A stretch of DNA of 64,000 nucleotides from Bacilli bacterium (lineage in GTDB: Bacteria; Bacillota_I; Bacilli_A; RFN20; CAG-826): the NCBI GenBank assembly GCA_017502465.1, contig JAFVUY010000119.1, forward strand, positions 31,583 through 95,582. Reading direction: 5' to 3'. This document shows, piece by piece, positions 1 through 10,691 of the stretch. The notes under the pieces are model-generated. The model ran no database searches and was not told the origin of the DNA. It saw only the letters and a program-made list of their open reading frames with translations. The position numbers and the translations under genes are program-made. Numbering within the stretch: position 1 is the stretch's first letter; the number at the start of each line of letters is the position of its first letter.

Positions 1-827
1 GCAATATGAACTGCTTGTCCCACATAACACATACCATTTTCAAGGTTGGTGATTTTATAAATACCAGTCTTAACTTTATTTCCAATTACTCTACCAATTA
101 AGTCAGTATAAGGTTTTTCATAATAAACCTTCCATATAACTTTATTAATTGGTTCTTTGTTTCTAATTGTTTGAGTTGCCTGTCGCAGCAAACCGATTTC
201 CGCAATATCTTCATCTGTTAAGACAAGTTTATAGAAATCTTTTTGTGTGCGTTCTAATTCTGCTCGTTTATTTACTTCAACGGCAGCGGCAACTTTATTT
301 TTTAATTCATTTAAAACAAACGTAGACTAAGCAATTTTTTCTTGCTATTCGTCCGCTATATTCTAATAAACGGAAGTAAAGTCAGAAAGCATTATGAGAT
401 ATTCTCTCTCATAGTTTTCTTTCTCTTGGTTAAATTCATTACGAATTTTTTCCAAAGCATTATTTAATCTTTCACGAGCAAGATTCATATTTTCTTCATA
501 AAAAATATCTCCTGCCTATTTAGCCTAATTGCTTAAATCTTGAAGATTTTGTCTTTTTATTACTAATTCTTGATTTAAATTACCAACATCTATAATTAAT
601 TCTAGTTTATGGTCTTCTAAACCTTTTATTTCTTCTTCAATACTTTTTTTTAGATATTTATTTTCTCGCTCTTGTCTTTTATATTCTTGATTAACAATTT
701 CTAATTGTTTATTCTATTTGGCGATTTCTTCATTGTAGATGGTCTATTTTTTAATTGCGGGTCGGGCAAAACCATATCCACATAAACCACCAATGATAAC
801 ACCCGCTACTAAACATAAAAGTTCCAT
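1..827 (-). CDS. Membrane-anchored coiled-coil protein with a C-terminal GIY-YIG-like nuclease motif. The 3' end is cut by the window edge. It contains at least 6 in-frame TAG codons.
   Basis: Minus-strand frame from ATG at 827 reads MELLCLVAGVIIGGLCGYGF (TM) ... coiled coil ... GIYKITNLENGMCYVGQAVHIA. The frame is open except for TAGs (AAA TAG ACC, AAA TAG AAT, AAT TAG GCT AAA TAG GCA, and others). The six-frame track misses it because of the TAGs. Confidence 0.5.
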
Positions 828-841
828 AGTGATAAAAAAAC

Positions 842-866
842 AGGGGTAAATATTTAATTTACCCCT
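842..866 (-). terminator. Rho-independent terminator after the 892..1170 gene
   Basis: Hairpin aggggtaaatatttaatttacccct followed by a T-run on the minus strand (aaaaaaa at 834-840 on plus). Confidence 0.5.
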
Positions 867-891
867 TTATGAGTTTTTATATAAATATCTA

Positions 892-1170
892 TTATTCAGC
901 AGCTGCTTCTGCGTCAGCATCGGGGTCCAGAGCCAGACCAGTATCAGTCAGCTTCAGGAACTTAACTGCCTTATGAGTGTGGTCGTCCAGTTCAATTTCT
1001 GCGGGAACGCGAACACCATAGCCCTTACGCTGCAGAGCGGAAGTAAAGATACCATCAACCTGACGCTTTTCCAGGCCGCAAGCGGCAGCAACATCAGCAG
1101 CGGTAACATCTTCGCCGTGAACGCTCTTCAAATAATTTAATACCTTCTTAGAATTTTCCTTCATTGCCAT
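892..1170 (-). CDS. Small acidic, GC-rich hypothetical protein (92 aa)
   Basis: Intact ORF with a C-terminal acidic tail (DPDADAEAAAE). Local GC is clearly above the genome background. The ORF at 61832..62236 has similar composition. Confidence 0.5.
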   Translation of the reverse strand: MAMKENSKKVLNYLKSVHGEDVTAADVAAACGLEKRQVDGIFTSALQRKGYGVRVPAEIELDDHTHKAVKFLKLTDTGLALDPDADAEAAAE

Positions 1171-1267
1171 AACAATAAATCTCCTTTAATAAATAATAAT
1201 TTTAAATTTTTTCTTTTAAGCTTTAGCTTATGTAAATATAATATCAAAAAAATTTTTTAAAGTCAAA

Positions 1268-1456
1268 TTATTTTTCAAGAAGTTCTTGAATCATTTCATC
1301 AAGTATCATCATGTCCTCAAAGGTTTTTACACTTCCAGAAAGTTTTACAATCTAATTCTAGGCATCATGAATTTCTTGACTATCTTGACTTGTCTGAATC
1401 ACACGCTCGCACTCAGCAATCTTTTTGGCTAAGTTCTTGAGTTCTTTCTTCTTCAT
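1268..1456 (-). CDS. Small hypothetical protein (62 aa) with 2 in-frame TAG
   Basis: MKKKELKNLAKKIAECERVIQTSQDSQEIHDA-TAG-N-TAG-IVKLSGSV...LLEK, stop TAA. A conserved promoter lies directly upstream (1481-1520). Confidence 0.3.
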
Positions 1457-1480
1457 TTAAATTTTTTCTTTCCTAACTTT

Positions 1481-1522
1481 ACGAATATATTATACAAAAA
1501 TTTTTTCAAAAAGTCAAACCAA
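1481..1522 (-). promoter_or_regulatory. Conserved phage promoter (a copy with TTGACT as -35)
   Basis: Minus strand reads TTGACTTTTTGAAAAAATTTTTGTATAATATATTCG: -35 TTGACT, extended -10 TGTATAAT. Confidence 0.5.
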
Positions 1523-3460
1523 AGAATATTTAGTTAAGAACTCTTCTTCGGTTATGACTGGAACATTGAGTTTCTTAGCACTCATATTTTTCGCAGAAGT
1601 AGACTTATTATCATTATTGATTAGATAAGTTGTATTCTTGCTAACAGAACTTGATGTTTTACCACCATGAGAACGAATTAAGTCTTCTAACTGTCCTCTG
1701 TTCTTAAAATTAACTAATTTACCAGTAATTACTACTGTAATTCCATCAAGAGATTGCTCTAAATTATTGACTCTTTGAGGATTATTGATTTTTAGATGTT
1801 TATAAACATCGTCTGCTTCACTATAATTGAAGCATATTAAAGCATTATGCTTACTCTCGGCGAACCCATCATGTTGCCAGAAAGGATACTTATTATGTAC
1901 CTTCAATCGCAAATCTTCATAAGAATCAATAAATTTTAGCAACTCTTTTGCCATTGTACGTCCAATCAAAGGAATACCAATAGCAGAAATAAAAGATTCA
2001 AGGTCACAATCTCTTGCTTTTTCAATTGCGGTAAGTATATTCTTTACAGATTTTTCACCAAAACCTGGCTTTTCTTCCCATTCTTTTGCGTGGTCAGCCA
2101 AATTAAAAATATCAGTAAAATTATTTACCCAGTTCCATTCAATTAATTTTTCCAAAGTTGCTTTAGAAAGACCCTTAATATCTAAGCCCTTCTTACCGCA
2201 AAAATGGTCTAATCTATTGATTAGTTTTCCATCACAAATTGGGTTTCCGCACATTAATACCTGTGAATCATTTTCACAAACTATTTCTGTTAGTTCACCA
2301 CAACAGGGACAAGTTTGTTGAATATGAATAAAAGTATATTCTTTACCTTCTTCAATATTTTTATCAGCAGAATAGATTTGAGGAATAATTTGATTTGCTT
2401 TATATACTTCTATCTTCTGGCCAACATAAGGTCTTCCAAGTGTTTCTTTTAAAACACTAATATTATGTAGGCTAGCACGACTAACTTCTGCACCATCAAT
2501 TTCAATGGTGTCAAAAATAGCAATAGGAGTTAATTTACCAGTTCTTCCCATAGTATATTCAATACTTTTTAGAGTAGTAGGATATACCTCATCAAAGAAT
2601 TTATAAGCAATCGCATTTTTAAAATGATGAGCAGTTTGACCTTGTTTTTTACCATATTCAATATCATTGAATTTAAAAACAATACCATCAATAGGATAAT
2701 GATAATGGTCTGCTTGATTTAATAGGTATGTTTCATCATCATAAGTATAAGGTTCTTCCTCTTCATCAATAACTAAATGAGGGACTATTTCAAACCCTAA
2801 TTGACTTAAATGATACAGTCTATTAGCAAAAGAATTATTCTCTTCATATCCCTTAACCATATCCCACGCTACAAAGGTGAGTTTTCTTAATCCGCACTCA
2901 TTCGCATCTAAAAGCCGGATGCTACCGGCAGCAAAATTGCGGGGATTCTTATATTCTTCTTCAAACGTTTTGAAGTCATTATATTTACAGATGACTTCAC
3001 CATCAACTACTAACTCACCTTTATAGGAGATAGATTTAGGAATAGAAGGAATTACTACCGCATTATGGAGGATATTTTCACCAATTTTACCATCACCACG
3101 GGTCTCCGCAGACACCAGAACACCATTAAGATAACGCAATGAGCAAGTTAAACCATCAAGTTTTAACATTGCCACATATTGCTGATTATTCATAAATGAT
3201 TTTACTTCATCCATACTCTTGGTTTTATCCAAAGACAACATAGGATGATTATGTTCTACTTTTTCAAGAGAATTTACTACGTCATAGACGATTCGCTGAG
3301 TGGGGGAATGCGGAAGGGTAAATCCACTCTTTTTTTCCAATTCTTTTAACTCAAAAAAATATTCATCCCATTTTCTATCACTCATAATAGGCGTGCCTAG
3401 GTCATACATTTCCCATGCTTCTACCAATAAGTCAGTGAGATATTTAATCCTTTCTTCCAT
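1514..3460 (-). CDS. ligA: NAD+-dependent DNA ligase
   Basis: 648 aa. Adenylation motif around MLKLDGLTCSL (KxDG). Cys4 zinc finger CPCCGELTEIVCENDSQVLMCGNPICDGK, followed by HhH and BRCT-like C-terminus. No internal TAG. Confidence 0.9.
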   Translation of the reverse strand: MEERIKYLTDLLVEAWEMYDLGTPIMSDRKWDEYFFELKELEKKSGFTLPHSPTQRIVYDVVNSLEKVEHNHPMLSLDKTKSMDEVKSFMNNQQYVAMLKLDGLTCSLRYLNGVLVSAETRGDGKIGENILHNAVVIPSIPKSISYKGELVVDGEVICKYNDFKTFEEEYKNPRNFAAGSIRLLDANECGLRKLTFVAWDMVKGYEENNSFANRLYHLSQLGFEIVPHLVIDEEEEPYTYDDETYLLNQADHYHYPIDGIVFKFNDIEYGKKQGQTAHHFKNAIAYKFFDEVYPTTLKSIEYTMGRTGKLTPIAIFDTIEIDGAEVSRASLHNISVLKETLGRPYVGQKIEVYKANQIIPQIYSADKNIEEGKEYTFIHIQQTCPCCGELTEIVCENDSQVLMCGNPICDGKLINRLDHFCGKKGLDIKGLSKATLEKLIEWNWVNNFTDIFNLADHAKEWEEKPGFGEKSVKNILTAIEKARDCDLESFISAIGIPLIGRTMAKELLKFIDSYEDLRLKVHNKYPFWQHDGFAESKHNALICFNYSEADDVYKHLKINNPQRVNNLEQSLDGITVVITGKLVNFKNRGQLEDLIRSHGGKTSSSVSKNTTYLINNDNKSTSAKNMSAKKLNVPVITEEEFLTKYSLV

Positions 3461-3530
3461 AATACAAACCTTTCATCTTTTATATTTATATTATATCAAA
3501 AATTTTTTTAAAAATCAAATGATGGAGATT

Positions 3531-3827
3531 TTACTCTCCATCATTATTATACTCTGGGTTTTGTAGTTCCCAGTCTTCATAGCCAAATTGTTTTGGTACT
3601 TTTAAATTAGCCCAACTAATATATCTATATATTATTTTTTTTGGATGAGATAAAGTAGAATGTTCTAATAAATTAAAATATTGTTTTTCCCAAGCCATAT
3701 AATCCATTTCTTTTAGAAAAGGTTTTACTGTATTAAAATCAAAAGGATTTATTAAATTACTAATTTCTTCTTTGGTATATTTAGTATAAAAACTTCCATC
3801 TCTACATTTAAAATAAGTTTTATCCAT
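3531..3827 (-). CDS. Hypothetical protein (98 aa)
   Basis: Intact ORF immediately downstream of the topo II subunit gene. Confidence 0.45.
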   Translation of the reverse strand: MDKTYFKCRDGSFYTKYTKEEISNLINPFDFNTVKPFLKEMDYMAWEKQYFNLLEHSTLSHPKKIIYRYISWANLKVPKQFGYEDWELQNPEYNNDGE

Positions 3828-3828
3828 A

Positions 3829-6168
3829 TTACACCTTACTTACAGACATTACTTTGCTACCCTTAATCATTTGATTGCCAATGCTTGTTCTGCCAAGAGC
3901 AGGAATATCTGTTGCTGATACACAAATAGAAGTTTTATCACCTACAATAAGGACACTATCTTCATCGCTTACCATTGCGGCAGCAACTACTTTATCATCG
4001 CCCTTATAACAGTTTAGACCTCTACCGCCCCGTTTTTGAAGAACTGCTTCCTTGGGAAGAATCTTCTTTGCGACGCCACTTTCTGCGAAAATTGCCAAAG
4101 CATCTTCCGCATTGCGGACAGGCATTGCCGCAACAACATAGTCTCCATCAACCAGATTAATACCCTTTACACCAGAAGTCATACGAGAAGTTGCTCCAAC
4201 TTCCATAGAATTAAACTTCAATACATAACCCTTTGCGGTAATTAATGCGATAGGTTCATCTTTAATCAAAGTGACTGCGGCAAGAGCATCTCCATCTTTC
4301 AGATTAATTGCTCCAATACCAGTTTTCTTTTTAGTTCCAATATATTCTTCCAAAGCGGTCTTTTTAACAAGACCATTTTTGGTTACAAACATTACATATT
4401 TAGCATCTGTATCTCTATAAATAGAATACATTACCGCAGGTTGCTCGTTTCCTTCCATCGGAACTAGACCCTTGATAGCAGCACCCTTTGACGCATTTGT
4501 ACCAACAGGAATATCATCTACCAATAGTCTATACATCTTGCCCTGATTACTAAAAATCATTAGAGAATCAATTGTGTTAGTCCTAATAATTGCGTGAGTA
4601 ATATCTTCTTGTGTCTTGATACCTTTACCATTTCGCTTCTGGGTGCGGAAGGAAGTTGCTGGAATACGCTTGATAGTTCCACCTTCGGTCATCACAACAA
4701 CGCACTTTTCTGGTTCTACATACTGAATTTCTTTTTCTTCTTTTGTGCTATCCGCAATCTGTGTAATTTCAGTACGACGAGCATCGCCATACTTTTTTAC
4801 CAGTGCTTCTAATCTGGAACGCAATTCAGTTTCAGTATTCATCAAAATCCAATCATAGTGATTTACTGCTTCAATCAGTTCTTCCTTTTCCTGTTGGATT
4901 TCAATTTTTTCCAGATTTGCCAACTTACTCAGTTTCATATCAAGGATTGCTTTCGCCTGAGGTTCAGAGAACTTATACTTCTCCATTAAAGCAATTTTCG
5001 CCTTCGCAGAACTTTCACTTGCCTTGATAAGAGCAATAATATTGTCAATATCTTCTAATGCTCTCAATAGACCTTCAATAATTTCCAGTCTATCCATTGC
5101 TTTCTTTCTATCAAATTCAGTTTCTCTGCGGATACAATCTACATTATGTTCAATATAGATTTTAATACAATCTTTCAACCCCATTTCAGTAGGAGTCTTA
5201 TTAATCAGAGCAACTTGATTATATGAGATAGAAGTTTGAAGATTTGTTTCCTTAAACAGAAGATTAATAATAGACTTCATTGAAGAATTTTTATCACATT
5301 CAATTACAAGTCTAAAACCTTTCTTTCTATTACTTTCATTTCTAATATTAGTAATACCATTAATCTTTCCTTCATCAACGGCTTTACCAATTTCTTCCAT
5401 CAATGCTTCGGTAGCAACTCCATATGGAATTTCATAAAATACAATATTATTATCTTCAATATCATATTTGCCACGAAGTTTTACACTACCATGTCCAGTT
5501 CTAATAATATCAGCCAAATCTTTTTGATTGATAATTACGCCACCGGTTGGGAAATCGGGTCCCGGCAGAGTAGGTTCCTTACCATCCATATAGTCATAAA
5601 TAGCCTGTGCTACTTCACCCAAATTATGTGGTAACCAGTTACAAGCCATTGCTACACCGATACCTGTATTTGGATTACACAATAGATTGGGGAAGATAGA
5701 AGGAAGGGTTACAGGTTCCTTCTTGGTTTCAGAATAATTAGGAATAAAATCTACATTATTCTTTTTGATACCAGCCAAAAGACCTTCTTCTGTTAGTTTT
5801 GCCAATCTTGCTTCGGTATAACGATATGCGGCAGGTCCGTCGCCATCTCTATTACCATTAGAGCCATGGAAATCAATCAAAGGATAACGCATAACCCAAT
5901 CCTGGGACAGACGCACCAATGCGCCATAAATAGAGCTGTCGCCATGAGGATGCCATTCTGCCATAACATTACCAACAATATTTGCACACTTAACATGAGG
6001 TTTCGCAGAAGAGAATCCTTTATCAAAAGTTCCATACAGAATTCTCTTTGCTACTGGTTTCAACCCACTTTTTGCGTCAGGGATTGCTCGGTCTGTGTTA
6101 ACGGCGACCGCATATTCAATAAAATTTTGTCCTAATTCATTAATCAAATCATTAGTTTTCATATCCAA
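3829..6168 (-). CDS. DNA topoisomerase II subunit, GyrA-like (T4 gp52-like)
   Basis: 779 aa. N-terminus AVAVNTDRAIPDAKSGLKPVAKRILYG matches the GyrA/ParC signature. Catalytic-Tyr region ...AYRYTEARL. No internal TAG. Confidence 0.85.
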   Translation of the reverse strand: MDMKTNDLINELGQNFIEYAVAVNTDRAIPDAKSGLKPVAKRILYGTFDKGFSSAKPHVKCANIVGNVMAEWHPHGDSSIYGALVRLSQDWVMRYPLIDFHGSNGNRDGDGPAAYRYTEARLAKLTEEGLLAGIKKNNVDFIPNYSETKKEPVTLPSIFPNLLCNPNTGIGVAMACNWLPHNLGEVAQAIYDYMDGKEPTLPGPDFPTGGVIINQKDLADIIRTGHGSVKLRGKYDIEDNNIVFYEIPYGVATEALMEEIGKAVDEGKINGITNIRNESNRKKGFRLVIECDKNSSMKSIINLLFKETNLQTSISYNQVALINKTPTEMGLKDCIKIYIEHNVDCIRRETEFDRKKAMDRLEIIEGLLRALEDIDNIIALIKASESSAKAKIALMEKYKFSEPQAKAILDMKLSKLANLEKIEIQQEKEELIEAVNHYDWILMNTETELRSRLEALVKKYGDARRTEITQIADSTKEEKEIQYVEPEKCVVVMTEGGTIKRIPATSFRTQKRNGKGIKTQEDITHAIIRTNTIDSLMIFSNQGKMYRLLVDDIPVGTNASKGAAIKGLVPMEGNEQPAVMYSIYRDTDAKYVMFVTKNGLVKKTALEEYIGTKKKTGIGAINLKDGDALAAVTLIKDEPIALITAKGYVLKFNSMEVGATSRMTSGVKGINLVDGDYVVAAMPVRNAEDALAIFAESGVAKKILPKEAVLQKRGGRGLNCYKGDDKVVAAAMVSDEDSVLIVGDKTSICVSATDIPALGRTSIGNQMIKGSKVMSVSKV

Positions 6169-6373
6169 TCTCCCTTAATTTTTCTAATATAATACTATCT
6201 TGAAATTCAGGAAGTCCTGTTACACAATAAATTTTTTTTACTAAATATTTTTCATTATCTCTATTTGATAAAAATTTATTAAATAAAATAGCATTTTGTT
6301 CATACTTAAATTGAGGTTCAAAAATTTTACCTTCTTTTGTATGAACTTGGTAATATACATCATTATAGTACAT
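6152..6373 (-). CDS. Hypothetical protein (73 aa)
   Basis: Small ORF overlapping the topo II gene end by 17 nt. Confidence 0.35.
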   Translation of the reverse strand: MYYNDVYYQVHTKEGKIFEPQFKYEQNAILFNKFLSNRDNEKYLVKKIYCVTGLPEFQDSIILEKLREIGYEN

Positions 6374-6767
6374 TAACAGCCTCCGCGCTATGTTCTTTAA
6401 TAAATAACTTTCTAGGAGTAATTGCGGTTCCCATTAAGTCATCAAATAACTTATTTGCTTTATCAATATCTTCAACAGTAATCTGCTTTAAGATTCTATT
6501 ATCTGGGTCTGTTAGAGTTTCTTCTGTCTCTTCAACGGACATTTCACCCAGACCCTTCATTCGGTTAACTGTATAATTGCGACCTTGATGAGCCTGTCTA
6601 AATGCTTCCAGTTCTTCATCATTTTTAAGATACTTATATTCCTTACCAATAGTAATCTTATAAAGAGGAGGAACGCCCGCATATACATAACCATCAAGAA
6701 TTAACTGAGGACAGAAATTCCAAATGAAAGTATAAAATAAGTTTTTGATGTGAGCCATCATATCCAA
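6363..6767 (-). CDS. Topoisomerase II ATPase/Toprim subunit (GyrB-like), C-terminal segment
   Basis: ORF MDMMAHIKNLFYTFIWNF...VYAGVPPLYKI continues the GyrB motif DADVDG-S-HIRTLLLTFF that ends the upstream segment 7793..9307. Confidence 0.7.
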   Translation of the reverse strand: MDMMAHIKNLFYTFIWNFCPQLILDGYVYAGVPPLYKITIGKEYKYLKNDEELEAFRQAHQGRNYTVNRMKGLGEMSVEETEETLTDPDNRILKQITVEDIDKANKLFDDLMGTAITPRKLFIKEHSAEAVNVL

Positions 6768-7792
6768 TATTTCTATTGGGACTGACTATCTCTTACTGCG
6801 GGATGGAAAATTTTTCACCTTTATTTACTAAAAATTTTCCATCCCGCAGAATCCCATTTCGAAGTGCGTATCAATAACACCCCAACTCGCCCGATACGGC
6901 GATAGTCGATACAGGTTAATTGTTAATCCATTTTTTCTATTTTTTAGAATATATAGGTAAATTTTTATAACTACGCCCCCATAGCATAGCCTAAAAAGTC
7001 TAGAATTTCATTTTATCTTTATAATCTTCATAAATATTTTTTGCGGATTCATTGATATATCTAGTTCTAGCAGTCATAACTTCTTCATCTGTTAATTGAG
7101 CACTGGAACCATTACTACCAATACTATTCTCAAGACTATAATATTTTTTATTTTCTTCTGTAAAAACTTCTGGCATAATATGATTCCAAGACCTTCCTTG
7201 CCAAAGGTTTTGAAAATAACTAAAAGATACTTTATCCGCAAAATAATTATTATAAATATCTTTTTGTTTTTTATGCTACGCATAGCACTATCTAATAAAA
7301 TAAACTTCTTTTTCAGTTAATTTTACATTTGGATTATTTTCACCTATTAAATTAGAATTTCCACCTAAATTTTTATTATAACCATTTTCCATTGAGTTAT
7401 AATAAACAATCCAATAAGTTTCTCTTTCATTTAATTTTTCAATAGGACATTCTTCAATAACTTCACAAGTAAAATTATTTTTACCTAATTCTTTAATTAT
7501 CTTATCTAATGGAATTCGTGAAGATTTTCCTTTATAACAATGCTCTGAAAATCTTCTTTCTATATCATTTGACTATCCAATATAAATTTTTCCATTTATA
7601 AGATTTGTAATTTTATATATTCCAATCATAGTTTAACAATCCTTCCCACGGGATTCCCATGCCTTGCGGTTTAGGGTTCCCCGTTAGCATATTTTTTCTT
7701 TCTATTTTATATGAAAACCATATGGGTCTCATAAAAGATAGTTGTCCAAAATATACCCCTGTGATGAGCAGGAAAGGAGATTACAGGCACTT
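6768..7792 (-). mobile_element. About 1-kb intervening sequence splitting the GyrB-like gene; likely a group I intron or an endonuclease-mediated gene split, carrying a GIY-YIG endonuclease gene
   Basis: Upstream segment ends GAT GGT ATG TAA (..DADVDGM*). Downstream segment begins ..GAT ATG|ATG GCT CAC ATC (MAHIKNL). The 5' flank ends in U and the insertion ends in G, as group I splicing requires. There is a GC-rich structured stretch at 7640-7700 and a perfect 20-bp hairpin (ctgcgggatggaaaattttt / aaaaattttccatcccgcag) at 6790-6848. Confidence 0.5.
7008..7629 (-). CDS. GIY-YIG homing endonuclease inside the GyrB intervening sequence; 3 in-frame TAG
   Basis: MIGIYKITNLINGKIYIG-TAG-SNDIERRFSEHCYKG... 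is a GIY-YIG N-terminal module. A TAG replaces the Q/S position of the YIG(Q/S)S motif. Confidence 0.7.
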
Positions 7793-9307
7793 TTACATAC
7801 CATCCACGTCAGCATCACTCATAATAATAATCTTACCATATCGTAAATCTTTCTTATTATAAGTGATTTTCATTGTTTGTTTATCAATGGTTAATCCAAA
7901 TGCTTCAATCATTGTCATAATTTCTGCGTTCTTTTGGATTTTATCAAGAGTTGCCTTTTGAGTATTTAGAATTTTACCTCTTACTGGCATAACCGCCTGA
8001 AATTCATTGTCTCTTGCAGTTTTCAAATTGCCAGAAGCAGAGTCACCTTCTGTGATATAAATTTCACATTTATTGCGGTCTTTACTATAACAATCAGCTA
8101 ACTTACTATCAAATTTTAGAGCCTTTTCTTTCTTCTTTTCAATATTGCGAATAGATTCTTTTGCTTTCTTTGCGGCTTCTCTTGCTTTGCGAGCAAGCAG
8201 GGCCTTATCCGCAATCATTTTTACTTCCTTCTCATTATTATTCATCCAACGAGTAAGTTCTTCTACAAAAGCAGAAATAAAAGGTTTAGTTTCAATTGCG
8301 GTAATTCTTGACTTAACCTGTGCGTCATAAGATACGCTCGGCGCAGTCATATTGAATACAATATACAAACCTTCTTGAATATCATCACCAGTAAGGTTTT
8401 CATCCTTTTCCTTCAACCATTTCTTTTCTCTGAAAAACTTATTCATCTCTCTGGTTAAAGCGGTTTTTACCTGTGTAATATGAGGACCGGATTCAGTAAG
8501 GCCAGTATTTACATATGGAACAATAGTAAGACTATAATTAGAAGTATAAGTCATTACTAAATCCATTTTAAATTTACCATCTTGCCACTTAATATCAAAT
8601 CTATTTTTAATAAGTTCTTTACCCTTTACTGCTTCATCTACGAGGTCGTTAATACCATTTTTAGAATAATATTCAGTAATTTCACCTTTATTAGATAAAG
8701 TAATTTTTAATCCAGGGCATAAACAAGAAATGGTTTTAAAAAGAGTTTTTACTTCTTTAATATTTACCTCAATGTTTTTAAAGAATTCTTCACTTGGCAA
8801 CCAAGAAACAATGGTGCCCGCAGGCTCTTTGCTTTCACCGGACTGTCTAGCAAGAAACTCACCTTCTTTAAACTTAACTAATTCATACTTACCATCTCTA
8901 TAAGTACAAACATTAAGCCAGTGAGAAAGATAGTTAGTAATCTTACTACCGATACCAAAAGAACCAAGCGAAGTTCCTTCATATGTACCATCTTCTCTAT
9001 ACTTACCAGAAGTATTTAAAACGCTAAAAGCGGCTTCAAGAATACTTTTTCCATCTTCTCTAAAAGAATTAGGAATAAAACCTTGGCCGTAATCTCGCAG
9101 AGTAATAACTCCATTATTATCAATTTTTACATCAATCTCATTACCATGACCTAATCTAAATTCATCAACTGCATTAGAAAAAATTTCTACAAGCAATTGA
9201 GTAGAATAAGTCGTATCGCCGGCATAAACGCCTGGGCGCAAACGAGTAAATTCAAGTGGAGAGAGTGATTCAATACTGCTCTCATTATAAAGAGTTTTAT
9301 CGCTCAT
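7793..9307 (-). CDS. Topoisomerase II ATPase subunit (GyrB-like / T4 gp39-like), N-terminal segment
   Basis: 504 aa. GHKL ATPase region (LEFTRLRPGVYAG...). Ends ...IIIMSDADVDGM at the Toprim motif. Confidence 0.8.
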   Translation of the reverse strand: MSDKTLYNESSIESLSPLEFTRLRPGVYAGDTTYSTQLLVEIFSNAVDEFRLGHGNEIDVKIDNNGVITLRDYGQGFIPNSFREDGKSILEAAFSVLNTSGKYREDGTYEGTSLGSFGIGSKITNYLSHWLNVCTYRDGKYELVKFKEGEFLARQSGESKEPAGTIVSWLPSEEFFKNIEVNIKEVKTLFKTISCLCPGLKITLSNKGEITEYYSKNGINDLVDEAVKGKELIKNRFDIKWQDGKFKMDLVMTYTSNYSLTIVPYVNTGLTESGPHITQVKTALTREMNKFFREKKWLKEKDENLTGDDIQEGLYIVFNMTAPSVSYDAQVKSRITAIETKPFISAFVEELTRWMNNNEKEVKMIADKALLARKAREAAKKAKESIRNIEKKKEKALKFDSKLADCYSKDRNKCEIYITEGDSASGNLKTARDNEFQAVMPVRGKILNTQKATLDKIQKNAEIMTMIEAFGLTIDKQTMKITYNKKDLRYGKIIIMSDADVDGM

Positions 9308-9319
9308 TTACAATCTCCT

Positions 9320-9362
9320 TAATTATATTTTATAAAATATTATAACATTTTTTATTAAAAAT
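9320..9362 (-). promoter_or_regulatory. Conserved phage promoter copy
   Basis: TTGACATTTTTAATAAAAAATGTTATAATATTTTATAAAATATAATTAAGGAG on the minus strand; RBS and ATG of the GyrB-like gene follow. Confidence 0.55.
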
Positions 9363-9363
9363 G

Positions 9364-9831
9364 TCAACCATAAATTCTTTTTGCTTCTTCTGGTGTAATT
9401 TTACCAGTAGCAAGTTTATCGGCGAGTTCATTCCACTTATGACCCGCATGGCCTTTGATTTTTACCAGATGAATCATACTAGTATGTGCTTTTTCAAGAG
9501 CAAAATAAGCCTGAATTAAATCCAAATTTTCAGGAACTTTTTTATCACTCTTAACCCATCCATTGCGTTCCCAACCATACATCCAATTAGTAAAAGTTTG
9601 AACGCAATAATTAGAATCGCTATATACTGTTGGAGCAGTCCATTCATCGTGACCAAAACCATAAATTACCATACTATAAAGAATTGCTTTAATTTCTTCT
9701 CTATTATTAGTGGTATTTTCTGTTTGTTTACTATAACAATCAATTAAATTATCATCATCATCCACTACCACAACCCCAAAACCGCCTGGGCCTGGATTAG
9801 GATGAGCACTACCATCAGTAAAAATTTTCAT
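9364..9831 (-). CDS. rnhA: Ribonuclease H
   Basis: MKIFTDGSAHPNPGPGGFGVVVV... ...KIKGHAGHKWNELADKLA: the RNase H1 DEDD region. Confidence 0.85.
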   Translation of the reverse strand: MKIFTDGSAHPNPGPGGFGVVVVDDDDNLIDCYSKQTENTTNNREEIKAILYSMVIYGFGHDEWTAPTVYSDSNYCVQTFTNWMYGWERNGWVKSDKKVPENLDLIQAYFALEKAHTSMIHLVKIKGHAGHKWNELADKLATGKITPEEAKRIYG

Positions 9832-10613
9832 AATGAATTAATACCGTCTTTCTTTCTGGATGTTTTTCAATAACAGTAATATCTTTTACCATATAATTAT
9901 TGTTTGGTATAATAGTATTTTGTGGAAAAATATCTTTATAATATGCGACAATACTATTCATTTCATCAACATCAACACTGTCATCAAAAGTTAAAATAAT
10001 TCCATCTCCTGGTGCTACTTTTGCTACATCAATCTACACGAGTGTGGTCCTCCCAATATTCTCTATATTTATAATATCTATCTTCCAGATAATCATAATT
10101 AAAAATTTCATCAAAGAAATCTTCTTCATAGGTATAGTCCAGAGTAGAACAATAAATATCATTCATAAAATGCAAAACAACAGGATGCATAAAATTTCTA
10201 TGAACTTTGGCTTTCTTTTCCCACCAACCACGCTGATAGGTTAGACTCCAATCTTCTTTTTTATATGCCTTGCCGGCTGCAAACTGGTCACAAAGCATTT
10301 CAACACAATCTTCAAAAGGCATAATACGACCAACAATACCTTCATCAGTATTATCAAGCCAATACTGCCAGTGATGAGTATTTCTGCCTTTGTGATGCTG
10401 CCAAGCATTGCTTACTCCATTTACCTGCTTAGAAATCTCAATAGGTGAGCGTTCTCCTGTAAAATATTTAGCAGATTCAAAAAATTCTGTCGGAGAAAAT
10501 TTAGACAAGTCATGTTTAATACCTCGCCAAGGGATACCTGCTTTACAACAAAACTGGAAAACATATTTCTTATGAGTCATTACCAATTTAAAATGTTCCC
10601 AATATTTATTCAT
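9815..10613 (-). CDS. Hypothetical protein (~265 aa) with one in-frame TAG; overlaps the rnhA start
   Basis: ORF 10029..10613 ends at TAG. The same frame stays open (..QIDVAKVAPGDGIILTFDD...LIHYENFY*) to a TGA that overlaps the rnhA ATG. Confidence 0.5.
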
Positions 10614-10639
10614 AATTTATCCTTTCAAATTTGTCAAGA

Positions 10640-10690
10640 TTTTTTCTTTATATGAATATTATATCATATTTTTTAAAAAAAGTCAAAAAA
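10640..10690 (-). promoter_or_regulatory. Conserved phage promoter copy (TTGACT variant)
   Basis: Minus strand TTTTTTTGACTTTTTTTAAAAAATATGATATAATATTCATATAAAG. Confidence 0.55.
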
Positions 10691-10691
10691 A

